Shown one piece after another: positions 46,048 to 55,184 of a stretch of DNA of 64,000 bases. Position numbers and translations under genes: made by a program. The notes beneath the pieces were generated by a model that was given only the letters and a program-made list of their open reading frames with translations, ran no database searches and was not told the DNA's origin. The stretch is taken from positions 1 to 64,000 of the forward strand of contig CAXXGI010000003.1 of the NCBI GenBank assembly GCA_963674695.2. Reading direction: 5' to 3'. Position 1 is the first letter of the stretch. Every line of letters begins with the position of its first letter. The DNA is from a bacterium (GTDB lineage: Bacteria; UBA10199; 2-02-FULL-44-16; JAAZCA01).

Positions 46048-46386
46048 ATGATACGCAAGATCCTCCAGGTTCTCTCCGGCGCCGATGCGGCAACCCCTGT
46101 TCCGATCGAAGAGGAACGCCGAACGGACAAGTCAAAAAAGCTCCTGGATGTGGCGCACGAGGCGATCATCGAGGAGGATGGCGAGGGGCTCAAGGGGCTC
46201 ATCCGTCTTGGCGGGCCAAATGCCGAACGGCAGCGTTTCAAGGGGAAGGTGCGCAAGAAGGTCTGGGACACGGTGAAGGATGAGTTTGGGTTTGCCGATG
46301 AGGCGATGGTGGATGAGATCACCGACCGCATCGACGATGTCGCCACAGCCGATCCGCGCTATGAAAAGCTCTTCGATTCAGAGTGA
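46048..46386 (+). CDS. Hypothetical protein
   Basis: 112-aa ORF with GGGAG SD and host-like codon use. Confidence 0.65.
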   Translation: MIRKILQVLSGADAATPVPIEEERRTDKSKKLLDVAHEAIIEEDGEGLKGLIRLGGPNAERQRFKGKVRKKVWDTVKDEFGFADEAMVDEITDRIDDVATADPRYEKLFDSE

Positions 46387-46429
46387 GTACAGCATGGTGT
46401 CATTCTGAGGGAGGAACGACCGAAGAATC

Positions 46430-46663
46430 TCATGTGTTTGCAGGGGATCCTTCATTGCACTCAGGATGACAACAACAGGAATGATCACTTTTTCTCGGGT
46501 CCGCTTGACGGGCCCGATTTTTTTTGTGCGCGGGCATCGACGTCCATCGCCGAGGATTGTTGGCGTGGTTGAGCTGCATCATGATGTAGAGGACGAGGTA
46601 GGCCGCGGTGTTGTAGACCACGAGGATGGAGCGCAGCAGAAATGATTTAAGTCGTTCGCCCAT
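46430..46663 (-). CDS. Small hypothetical membrane protein
   Basis: One hydrophobic helix, GAGG SD, follows the aldolase gene; 3' end overlaps a REP-like hairpin. Confidence 0.4.
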   Translation of the reverse strand: MGERLKSFLLRSILVVYNTAAYLVLYIMMQLNHANNPRRWTSMPAHKKNRARQADPRKSDHSCCCHPECNEGSPANT

Positions 46664-46691
46664 GGGTGACGTCTAACCTCGCTTGAGGGAA

Positions 46692-47375
46692 TCAGTCCAG
46701 CAGATCGATCAGCGTCTGCGAGATCTGTTGGCCGAGTTTGCGTGCCTGCTTGGTCAGTTTTCTCAGCTCGGTCGTCGTCATCGGTTCGATCGAGCCCATG
46801 GAGCTGACCAGATAGGCCACGCGCGCGATGTGTTCCAAGTGTTCCAGACGGTTGAAGGCGTCCTGCAGGTCGTCGCCCAACACGAGTACGCCGTGGCGCT
46901 CGAGCAGGAAGGCGCTGTGCTTTTCCAGAACGGGGCGCAGAACATCAGCCATCTCGTCCGTTCCCGGCGTGGCATACGGCACCGATGGAACCGAGCCGAT
47001 ATAGATGGCCAGCTCCGGCAGCAGCATCTCCGTGAGCGAGATGCCCGCGAGCGAGCAGGCCAGACAGTAGTGCGGATGGGCGTGTACGGCCGCCGTGATG
47101 TCTTGGCGCCGACGATAGACGGCGCGATGCATGGCGATCTCGGACGAGGGGGTCTGCGCGGAATCGCGCGGATTGCCGTCGGCATCGCAGGCGACGATCA
47201 TGTCGGCGGTGACGGCATCCTTGCGCGTCGCTCTCGGCGTGATGAGAAAACCGTCCCCGTCGCGCACCGAGACGTTTCCGGAGGTGGCCACGAGGTAGTT
47301 CTTCTCACAGAGCCGATGGCAGACATCGGCCATCGACTCACGCGTATCCGTTTTCCATGTGCGTACATTCATCAT
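46692..47375 (-). CDS. Class II aldolase/adducin family protein
   Basis: SGNVSVR, PSSEIAMH, VHAHP, LLERHG. Confidence 0.92.
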   Translation of the reverse strand: MMNVRTWKTDTRESMADVCHRLCEKNYLVATSGNVSVRDGDGFLITPRATRKDAVTADMIVACDADGNPRDSAQTPSSEIAMHRAVYRRRQDITAAVHAHPHYCLACSLAGISLTEMLLPELAIYIGSVPSVPYATPGTDEMADVLRPVLEKHSAFLLERHGVLVLGDDLQDAFNRLEHLEHIARVAYLVSSMGSIEPMTTTELRKLTKQARKLGQQISQTLIDLLD

Positions 47376-47403
47376 ACGAGTCACGAGTTACGAGTCAGGG
47401 CAA

Positions 47404-48420
47404 TCACACTTGTTCGATGAGCTCCTCTTCCTCCCAGACGCGTTTGCGATCGTGCGCTCCCAAAAAGAGCAGCCCCAGCATAATCCAGAAGGCCGCGCGC
47501 ATGCGCTTGGCGATCTGAATCGTGATGCCGATCGAGGGATCCAGGTGCAGCAGGTAGAGCGTGCCGCTGTAGGCGCCTTCCATGACGCCAATCGCGCCCG
47601 GCACGAAGGTGAAGACCGCATTGATCACGGGGGCGAGTGCGGTCAGCATCAGGGCGGCGAAGAGCGTGAAATCATCCGAGCAGATGCGGCCGACCGCATA
47701 GATCTCGATGACGCCCAGCAGACGCCCCACGATATGACAGGCCAGGGCGATGAGAAAGCCGCGGTGGCTCTCGTTGTAGAAATCGACGATATGCGTGTCC
47801 AGTTCCGTGAAGCGCTTCACCGTCTTTTCTGAGAACTCGCGTTTGATGCCGATGCGACGACAGGCGTTGAGCAACAGGCCGAACAGCCCGCGCCGTTGGT
47901 GGATGAGGATGAACGTCAGAAACGCGGCCGAGACGACGAGCGCGATCGGAACGCCGTAGGTGATATTGGCCGAGAGTTCGTCGAAGGTGAGGAAGGCGAC
48001 GCTGATGCCGAGGATCACGACGATGAGGATCGCCGCGCTGTGCAGCGTGCGGTCGACGACCACGGAGGCCGCGCCCTCGGAGACGGGAAAGTTTTTGCGC
48101 AACAGATAGATGCGCATCGGATCGCCGCCGATGAAGTTGGCGGGGGTGAGCGTGTTGACCGCTTCGCCCGCGATCTTGATGCGGAAGAGCTCCCAGAATC
48201 GGATGCCGTCTCTCAACCGATGGAGGAACTGCATCCAGGCCTCGGTGTAGAGCATGTACCAGCACAATCCGATGGTGAGGATGGGGATAAAGCGCCACCC
48301 GATCGTCCGAATGTTGGCGACGATCGTGTCGACGCCGATCTTGCGGACGATGAACACCAACAGGATGGCGCCGATGACCAGGGATACGCCCCGAAGCATG
48401 AAACTGAGTTTTTTCTTCAT
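47404..48420 (-). CDS. Lysylphosphatidylglycerol-synthase-TM/flippase-like protein (second)
   Basis: GEAVNTLTPANFIGGDP, VVVDR, PGAIGVMEG. Confidence 0.85.
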   Translation of the reverse strand: MKKKLSFMLRGVSLVIGAILLVFIVRKIGVDTIVANIRTIGWRFIPILTIGLCWYMLYTEAWMQFLHRLRDGIRFWELFRIKIAGEAVNTLTPANFIGGDPMRIYLLRKNFPVSEGAASVVVDRTLHSAAILIVVILGISVAFLTFDELSANITYGVPIALVVSAAFLTFILIHQRRGLFGLLLNACRRIGIKREFSEKTVKRFTELDTHIVDFYNESHRGFLIALACHIVGRLLGVIEIYAVGRICSDDFTLFAALMLTALAPVINAVFTFVPGAIGVMEGAYSGTLYLLHLDPSIGITIQIAKRMRAAFWIMLGLLFLGAHDRKRVWEEEELIEQV

Positions 48421-49151
48421 ACGCAAAAATCCTGTTCACGGTGAAGGGTTGTTTCCGCCAGGGCGCGATCTTCTGGCGTATCCACCTCGAGCCACCGTAG
48501 CCCAGAGACGTTACAGATGGTGATCGGTCGGCCTTGGCGCGCCAGCCAGCCCAGGACCCATTCCACGGAGGCCGCATCGCCTTCTTCGCGTCGGGTCGCC
48601 GCAACCGCTTCGCGATATTCCGCGAGACGATCTGCGGTGCAGGCGGTCATGCCGATGTAGCCGCCGTCGAAATCGGTCAGCGTCTTGCGAATGCGCGCAA
48701 GCGTCCCGTCGGGATGACGCTTGATCTTCATGTCATCCGCTCCGAGCTCGCGGTCGAAATCGCAGATCGCGGTGAGGCCTTTGCGTTCGTCTAGCACCCG
48801 CGCGATCATGCGGCGCGGATAGATGTGGTCGACGTTCATGAGCAGAAAGTCGCCCTGAATGTGGGGCAGCGCGGCTTCGATGGAACGGATGCTGCCGTCC
48901 CGAAAGTGCGGGTTCTGCACGATGGTTGCCTTCGGATAGTGTTCCTTCAGGAAGGCCGCGAAGACCTCGTGCTGATAACCGGTGACGACCACGTGTTCGC
49001 TCACGTCGGGGTGTTCGGTGGCGTCAAAGACGCGCCGGATCAGCTCCCGATCCGCCACGGGGACCATCGCCTTAGGGTGGTTTTGCGTCAGTTCGCCCAG
49101 GCGGCTGCCGAGCCCTGCGGCCAAGATGACGATCTGTACGGGTTCTGTCAC
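48417..49151 (-). CDS. NTP transferase (IPCT/LicC-like cytidylyltransferase)
   Basis: ILAAGLGSRLG...PKAM; WLEVDTPED; GTG start after GAGGAGG. Confidence 0.88.
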   Translation of the reverse strand: MTEPVQIVILAAGLGSRLGELTQNHPKAMVPVADRELIRRVFDATEHPDVSEHVVVTGYQHEVFAAFLKEHYPKATIVQNPHFRDGSIRSIEAALPHIQGDFLLMNVDHIYPRRMIARVLDERKGLTAICDFDRELGADDMKIKRHPDGTLARIRKTLTDFDGGYIGMTACTADRLAEYREAVAATRREEGDAASVEWVLGWLARQGRPITICNVSGLRWLEVDTPEDRALAETTLHREQDFCV

Positions 49152-49167
49152 GACGGGTTCTCCTCCT

Positions 49168-49812
49168 CTACACATGGGCCTTGAGCTCCGCCAGGTGCGT
49201 GATGATCAGCGCCTGCGGGAATGCGGCATGGAAGTCTGTGCGGCTGAAGGTGCCTTCCTTGCCGATGAAGTCGATGCCGAAATCGGAGGCGCGTTCGCCG
49301 TCCTTGAGCGAGTCGCCGACAAAGGTGATGGCCGCGCGGTCGACGCCGAGCGCTTCCTGAATGTGGTAAAAGTGATCCGCCCCTTTGGCGAAGTTCGGCT
49401 TGAATCCGAGGGTCAGGTCGAAGGGGATGCCCGCCTGCGCGACGAATTGATCGACCAGGTGCTGAAAGTTGTTCGAGGAGACGGCGGTCTTGATGCCGTG
49501 TTCGCGCAAAAAGACGATCGTTTCGATGACATCATCGAAGAGTGGTTCGTCGAAGTAGCCGTCGAGTTTCTCCGCTTCGAATTCCTCGGCGGCGCGATCG
49601 TTGAGCGCGTGCCCGGGGAAGATGACTTCGAGCTGCTGAAAGAAGGGGATGCCCGATGTCTCGAGGTAGCGTCGGCGCGCCGTCTCCGCGTCGATGTCGA
49701 AGTGGCGCGGCATCACCTTCGCGGCGACGTCGGCGAATGCGCTCATCGAATCGACGATCGTTCCGTCAAAGTCGAAGGCGACCACAGATTTTCCTTTCAA
49801 TCGTTTCGTCAT
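49168..49812 (-). CDS. HAD-family phosphatase
   Basis: FDFDGTIVDS, VSSN, FVGDSLKD. Confidence 0.92.
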   Translation of the reverse strand: MTKRLKGKSVVAFDFDGTIVDSMSAFADVAAKVMPRHFDIDAETARRRYLETSGIPFFQQLEVIFPGHALNDRAAEEFEAEKLDGYFDEPLFDDVIETIVFLREHGIKTAVSSNNFQHLVDQFVAQAGIPFDLTLGFKPNFAKGADHFYHIQEALGVDRAAITFVGDSLKDGERASDFGIDFIGKEGTFSRTDFHAAFPQALIITHLAELKAHV

Positions 49813-49813
49813 G

Positions 49814-51163
49814 TCAGGCTGATTCTCCCATCTTGGCCCCTGCCGAAGCCGGTGCTGTTGCATCCGCCTTCTTTCGCATCGTCTGCGCGTTCAGATAGGT
49901 GAGTATGATCGCCCCGAAGGTGGTTCCGATTGCGGAGATGAAGAGCCATGAATACAGGACGCCGAAGATCGCGAAACAGAGAAACATAAACGAGAAGACG
50001 TCTTTCTTCAGCGTGTATTTTCCGTATTTGATGAAGAGGATGAGCCAGCGCGGCTGACCCGTCAGGTGCTGCAAAAATTCTTTGTCGTAGGTGACCAGGC
50101 TCGCCGACTGCGTGTGCTGTTTGAGATAGCGAACCATCCAGAAGAGCGTGATGCCTGCCGTGACGATGAGCCACCCACCCACGAGGAAGGCGATGGGCGA
50201 GTGCGTGTGGCGCCAGTAGCCGGCGATCATGCCGATGATGAAACTGGCCAGCGAGAGGTTGTCGCAGAGCGTGTCGGCGTACTGGCCGAACTTACTCTCG
50301 CGGAAGGTCAGTTTGGCCACCTCGCCGTCGCAGCCGTCCACGATGGAGGCGATCTGAAAGAGGATCGCGCCGAGCAGGATCATGTCGTAGCTGTGGCCGT
50401 CGGCGACGAAGACGCCGGAGAAGATGCCGATGATGATGTTCACACCGGTGATGACGTTCGGGCTGATCCAGAGCTTGGCGAGGATGAGGCTGGCTGGCAG
50501 CGAGATGCGCTTGTTGATGTAGCGAGCGACGGGGCCCGACGTGCTGTGGCGGATCGCCTCGGAGAGGTGTTTTTCCGCCACCATGCGATCCTGTGGCTTC
50601 GCGAGGAGAAAGGTGTTCATCTCCGCCGGTTTCTGAACGACGCGCGTCGTCGTGATGTCGAGGAGGTGATTCAGGCAGCTCTCGATCGAGCGCGGGCGTG
50701 CCTCGGCGAATGCCTCCAGCGCCATCCAGGCCGGGCGCGTGACCGCATAGATTGGGAGCGGATGCACGCCTTCGCGGCAGAGCAGCATGCCCTTTCCGGC
50801 GAGCGCCTCTTTTCGGAGCAGGCGCGCCAGCTCCTTTTCGAACAGGAGGTTGGCGTTGATCAGCAGCGTCTTCTCCCCCAGGGTTTCGCCGATGGTGCGG
50901 ACGATCTCGGGGCTGACGCGATAGGGTTCGTCGTAGGTGATGATGTCGATCGTCGGCAGGCGGCTCGGTCGATAGCGCAGCAGAAACCGCGCGATCTGCT
51001 CGCGTTGGGTCTGCGCGATGAGCAGCGTGCAGCGTTCAACGCCCGCCCGGGCCAGCGTCATGATGCCGCGGACGATGAGCGGCACGCCCGCCACCTTGCG
51101 GGTTGCCATCACCATGGCCTCGGGGGTGTCCGAGGGGACGTAGAGAACCGCTTCGGTCTTCAT
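49814..51163 (-). CDS. CDP-alcohol phosphatidyltransferase with degenerate N-terminal NTP-transferase-like domain
   Basis: ISPNVIT, DGCDGEVAK...GQYADTLCD signature; N-terminal KVAGVPLI. Confidence 0.88.
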   Translation of the reverse strand: MKTEAVLYVPSDTPEAMVMATRKVAGVPLIVRGIMTLARAGVERCTLLIAQTQREQIARFLLRYRPSRLPTIDIITYDEPYRVSPEIVRTIGETLGEKTLLINANLLFEKELARLLRKEALAGKGMLLCREGVHPLPIYAVTRPAWMALEAFAEARPRSIESCLNHLLDITTTRVVQKPAEMNTFLLAKPQDRMVAEKHLSEAIRHSTSGPVARYINKRISLPASLILAKLWISPNVITGVNIIIGIFSGVFVADGHSYDMILLGAILFQIASIVDGCDGEVAKLTFRESKFGQYADTLCDNLSLASFIIGMIAGYWRHTHSPIAFLVGGWLIVTAGITLFWMVRYLKQHTQSASLVTYDKEFLQHLTGQPRWLILFIKYGKYTLKKDVFSFMFLCFAIFGVLYSWLFISAIGTTFGAIILTYLNAQTMRKKADATAPASAGAKMGESA

Positions 51164-51445
51164 GCGAAAAACCTACCGTGGATGAAAAAAAACCGCCGGA
51201 TGACGCGCATCGGTCGGCCCGATAGACAGCAAAGTTGCTAGTGACTATCAAGATTTGCCGATGGCTGTAAAGGAAATTCCAGGGCGGATTTGTGAGTGAA
51301 AACGAGGGGATAGCAATCTGTCCGGTTTCTGCGGGGGCTTGACGCCACTCCCCATCCGTGGTAGCGGAGTCCACCTTTTTTTCACGATATCAAGCACTTG
51401 GAATGTTTTCCCTTCGATGCCCTCGCGTGTCGAGACTGAGGATTC

Positions 51446-52399
51446 ATGAAACAGACATCGCCCCCACCCGTTCGCGGCATCTGGTATCTCACCCGCTGCA
51501 TCCTGCGAGGCCAGCCCAGACTCGTCAACCTCGAGATCACCAAGCGGTGCAATGCGCGCTGCACCTTCTGCAGTTGTTGGCAGGTGGGTAAGGGTGAGGA
51601 GCTGGCCGACTATAGCGACGTCATCAAGAAGTTCCGCCCGGTCGTCGTCTCGGTCTCCGGGGGGGAGCCGCTGTTGCGCAAGGACTACGCCGAGGTCCTG
51701 ACGAGCCTGCGACCCTATTGCCACTATCTGGGGATCATCACCAATGGCGTGCTTCTCAATGAGGAATCTGCGAAAAAGCTCGCGAGAGCGGGGGTCAACC
51801 ATACCAGCGTTTCGCTCGACTATCTCGGCACGCAGCACGATGAGGCGCGCAAGGTGTCCGGGCTCTACGATCACCTCGCCACGACCATTCCGCATCTGTC
51901 GAAGCTCGGGCATCGCATCGTTCTGAATACGATCATCATGGACTCGAACCTGGATGAGATCCTGCCGATCGCCTATCGCGCCAAGGAGTGGGGGGCCATG
52001 GTCTCCTTTTCGGCCTATTGCTCGCTCAAAAAGGATCAGGATGGCGAGATGGTGCGCAGTCGCCGCCATGCCCAGCTCGTGGGCATCTGCAGCGAACTCA
52101 AGGCGCTCAAACGCACCCTCGGCCACATTCGCAACTCCGATTACTATCTCGACCGCGTCCCGGGCTATTTTCGCGATGGCCGCATGGCCAACTGTCAGGC
52201 CGGGTACCGCTGGGTGCAGGTCACGCCCGACGGGTATGTCCAGCAGTGCTCGGAGCTGCCGCGCGTCTGTCACTACAGCGAATACGATCGCTCGAAGATC
52301 AAACCGTCCACCTGCGAGAAGTGCTGGTACACCTGTCGCGGCGAGGCGGAGGCGCCCTGGTACGAACCGCGCCGGATGCTCGAATTTATCAAGGCCTGA
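51446..52399 (+). CDS. Radical SAM protein with SPASM/twitch-like C-terminus
   Basis: CNARCTFC, SGGEP, TNG, CQAG...G...C, CEKC...C. Confidence 0.92.
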   Translation: MKQTSPPPVRGIWYLTRCILRGQPRLVNLEITKRCNARCTFCSCWQVGKGEELADYSDVIKKFRPVVVSVSGGEPLLRKDYAEVLTSLRPYCHYLGIITNGVLLNEESAKKLARAGVNHTSVSLDYLGTQHDEARKVSGLYDHLATTIPHLSKLGHRIVLNTIIMDSNLDEILPIAYRAKEWGAMVSFSAYCSLKKDQDGEMVRSRRHAQLVGICSELKALKRTLGHIRNSDYYLDRVPGYFRDGRMANCQAGYRWVQVTPDGYVQQCSELPRVCHYSEYDRSKIKPSTCEKCWYTCRGEAEAPWYEPRRMLEFIKA

Positions 52400-52499
52400 T
52401 GCGCCGGTCGGGGCCTTTTCCCTTGCACGTGCTGGGAGGGGTCGATAGAATGGGACAACGTCAACAACACATCATCGAAAGATAAAGGGAGGTATGCAT

Positions 52500-52709
52500 A
52501 TGAAGAGAGTACTCGCAATGTTGGTCGCCATGGGTGTGGTCGGGCTCTACTGGCTCGGCTGCGAAAAGAAGGCCGATGATATGGGCGCCGTGGAAGAGGA
52601 AGAGGTGGTCATAGAGAAAGTAACACCGCCGCCGCCTCCGCCGCCCCCACCGCCGCCGCCTGCTGCGGAAGAAGCGCCCGCTGAGGATGATGCACCCGCG
52701 GGCGAATAA
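52500..52709 (+). CDS. Small Pro-rich lipoprotein
   Basis: Signal ending LGC; poly-Pro; GGAGG SD. Confidence 0.75.
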   Translation: MKRVLAMLVAMGVVGLYWLGCEKKADDMGAVEEEEVVIEKVTPPPPPPPPPPPPAAEEAPAEDDAPAGE

Positions 52710-52727
52710 GGATTCAAACGATGGCGA

Positions 52728-52765
52728 AACGGCCGGAACCCTTCGGGGTTCCGGCCGTTTTTTTT
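52728..52765 (+). terminator. Intrinsic terminator
   Basis: CGGCCGGAACCC-TTCG-GGGTTCCGGCCG followed by T8. Confidence 0.9.
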
Positions 52766-52976
52766 GTTCGGGGTGTTCAGCAAATCGTCGGTTCAAATCC
52801 GAGGCTTGATGCAAAAGAGAATCGGCCCATAAGTTGGGAAGATCAGGTTTATGTTTGATTTTATCCCCTGGAGACGCAACGAGAGATATTGTACTGTAAT
52901 ATCAGTAGGATATGGAGACTTGAAATTACATTCCATTTCTTGTAAATTGCCTTAGAAGCAATTATTGGGAAATCGA

Positions 52977-53792
52977 ATGAAACAACATCGGACAAAACTT
53001 GGTCCCCTTGAAATCCAGGTGCTCGCCTATGCTCAGATGAAGAAAAAAGAGGTCATGAGGATAGGCGATATCGCCGCTGCCCTTGACCTCAGCACAAAGC
53101 AGGAACGCGAGCTCTTGAGCAGGATGATGAGGGTCGGACTGATTATTCGACTGACATCAGGGGTCTATCTTGTCCCCCAGAGCGTGCCTCCCGGCGGCAA
53201 ATTCGCCGTGAGCGAGTACTATATCCTCTCCAGACTCATGAACGTGCTGAAAGGGCGCTATCAGATCAGCGGACCGAACGCGTTTCGGTTCTACGGTTTT
53301 GATGATCAGATCCCCAACAAGGTCTATGTGTATAACAACCGAATCTGCGGCGAACGCAATATCGGGAACATCGAGTTCATCTTCATCAAGACGTCCGACA
53401 AGCGCCTTGGAGGCGTGAATAAATTCAAGACAACCGATGGGAGTATGGCGATATTCGCATCCCGGAGTCGAGCGCTCATGGATGCGGTCTATGACTGGAG
53501 TCGCTACAATACGCTCCCGCGCGCGTACACATGGATAGAGAGTGATGTGAGGAAAGATCCCAAGATGGCGAGCGATCTCATATCGATGACGATCGCATTC
53601 GGAAACAAGGGGACGGTACGACGCATTGGCTTCCTGCTGGAGACATTGGGCGTGAAGGGCTCGGCACTGGAGAAGATGAAGGGAAAAAGGGGTTCAACGC
53701 GGTCGCTTATCGCGTGGATACCGGATAGGCCGTCAAAGGGTTCGGTCAATAAGGATTGGGGTCTCATCATCAATGGGGAAATCGGACACTGA
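52977..53792 (+). CDS. abiEi: Type IV TA antitoxin AbiEi-like
   Basis: wHTH with LIIRLTSGVYLVP, YGFDDQIP; coupled to AbiEii. Confidence 0.85.
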   Translation: MKQHRTKLGPLEIQVLAYAQMKKKEVMRIGDIAAALDLSTKQERELLSRMMRVGLIIRLTSGVYLVPQSVPPGGKFAVSEYYILSRLMNVLKGRYQISGPNAFRFYGFDDQIPNKVYVYNNRICGERNIGNIEFIFIKTSDKRLGGVNKFKTTDGSMAIFASRSRALMDAVYDWSRYNTLPRAYTWIESDVRKDPKMASDLISMTIAFGNKGTVRRIGFLLETLGVKGSALEKMKGKRGSTRSLIAWIPDRPSKGSVNKDWGLIINGEIGH

Positions 53793-54663
53793 CATGATAG
53801 GCGTTCACGAAGATATCGATCTCTTCAGGGCCGCTGTCCTTCATACCGCGAGGGAGACGGGCTTTCTCGCTGAGTTGGTTGAAAAGGATTATTTCTGTTC
53901 GCTCCTCCTCGACTACCTCTATGCGGATGACAACCTCGGGCTTGTCTTCAAGGGCGGGACCTGTCTGAGCAAGATCCACTCCGATTTTTATCGCCTGAGC
54001 GAAGACCTCGACTTCATCATTCCGATATCACCGGACGCTTCTCGGAGCGAAGGGAGCGGGGCGGCGAAGCCGTTGAAGGCCAAACTGGACGCCGTGCACA
54101 AGAGCCTCCCCGTTTTTGAGCTGTTGGATGGCTGCCGGGGACATAACAATTCCAAACAGTACATCGCCAATGCACAATATGTATCCTCAATCACTTCCAA
54201 GACCGGAACGATCAAAATCGAGATAGGGCTTCGCGAGAGGATGTTGCAGGAAGCGCTCCGCGGAGAGGCAAAAACGCTTTTGGCGGATCCGTTTAAAGGG
54301 AGGCCGGCCGTCGCCCCATTTCTTGTCGTGAGCATGTCGCTCCAGGAGGCCTATGCGGAGAAGGTGAGAGCTGCGCTTACGAGAGAGAAGCCGGCCATTC
54401 GCGACTTCTTCGACATCGATTTTGCCGTGCGAGAGATCGATTTCGATCTGTACGAAGATAGTTTTCTTGAGCTCGTCAGGGCAAAGCTTGCCGTCCCGGA
54501 TAACGGTCCTGTTGATATTAGCGATGCACGGAAGGAAGCGCTTCAGAAACAACTGGAAGCTCAGCTCAAGCCGGTGCTCCGTTCTAAGGATTTCGAAACG
54601 TTCGAACTCGATCGGACGTTCGACATGGTCGTCGAACTGAGGCAATTGGTTGAAGGTCGTTGA
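53773..54663 (+). CDS. abiEii: AbiEii/AbiGii nucleotidyltransferase toxin
   Basis: VEKDY, FKGGTCLSK, RLSEDLDF, AEKVRA, RDFFD. Confidence 0.92.
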   Translation: MGKSDTDMIGVHEDIDLFRAAVLHTARETGFLAELVEKDYFCSLLLDYLYADDNLGLVFKGGTCLSKIHSDFYRLSEDLDFIIPISPDASRSEGSGAAKPLKAKLDAVHKSLPVFELLDGCRGHNNSKQYIANAQYVSSITSKTGTIKIEIGLRERMLQEALRGEAKTLLADPFKGRPAVAPFLVVSMSLQEAYAEKVRAALTREKPAIRDFFDIDFAVREIDFDLYEDSFLELVRAKLAVPDNGPVDISDARKEALQKQLEAQLKPVLRSKDFETFELDRTFDMVVELRQLVEGR

Positions 54664-54842
54664 GGTCAGCATGCCGTTAGCAGCGCGTTATGAATCGCTC
54701 TCCGACGACTATGAAGTCCTCCATCTCGTGCCCCAGCGACAGGCGTTCGAAGAGGGGGGGTGTTGAAAGACATTCGCTCCGGCTGACGGTTTTTGCTCGA
54801 GATATTGCTTGAGCATTTGGTTTGCTCCGTCATATGGTTTTG

Positions 54843-55170
54843 ATGTCCAATGTGAGGAGGTGGTTCTTAACGAAACCGGATATTAAAGGAAGGTGCAAAT
54901 GGTGCGGCCGTTATACCGAATTCATCCCCCCAGATGTCCCAACCTATGGCACTTCACTTTCAACTTTTGGTCCAAACAACTGTAGAGTATGTGGAAGGCA
55001 TGTATCCCATGCCTTCATGGCAGTGGGATAGTCCCGACGGCAGGGCATACAGCTATTATCGTATGTCATTTGGTAACAGTAAAGACGAAGTCAGGTTTTA
55101 CGAGGAATTTGAAAACGACTACGAACCAGCTCCACGAAATGCAATATCTACTCAGGCGAACACACGGTAA
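54843..55170 (+). pseudogene. Frameshifted CxxC...CxxC zinc-binding protein
   Basis: CKWC...CRVCGR frame appears to continue as MYPMPSWQWDSP after one extra base near 55000. Confidence 0.5.
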
Positions 55171-55184
55171 TCTTAAGATAATTC

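Noticed and set aside
52789-52801. CGGTTCAAATCCG as a tRNA-Thr att duplication
   Set aside because: It matches the T-arm but in inverted orientation, so it is not a canonical direct att repeat.
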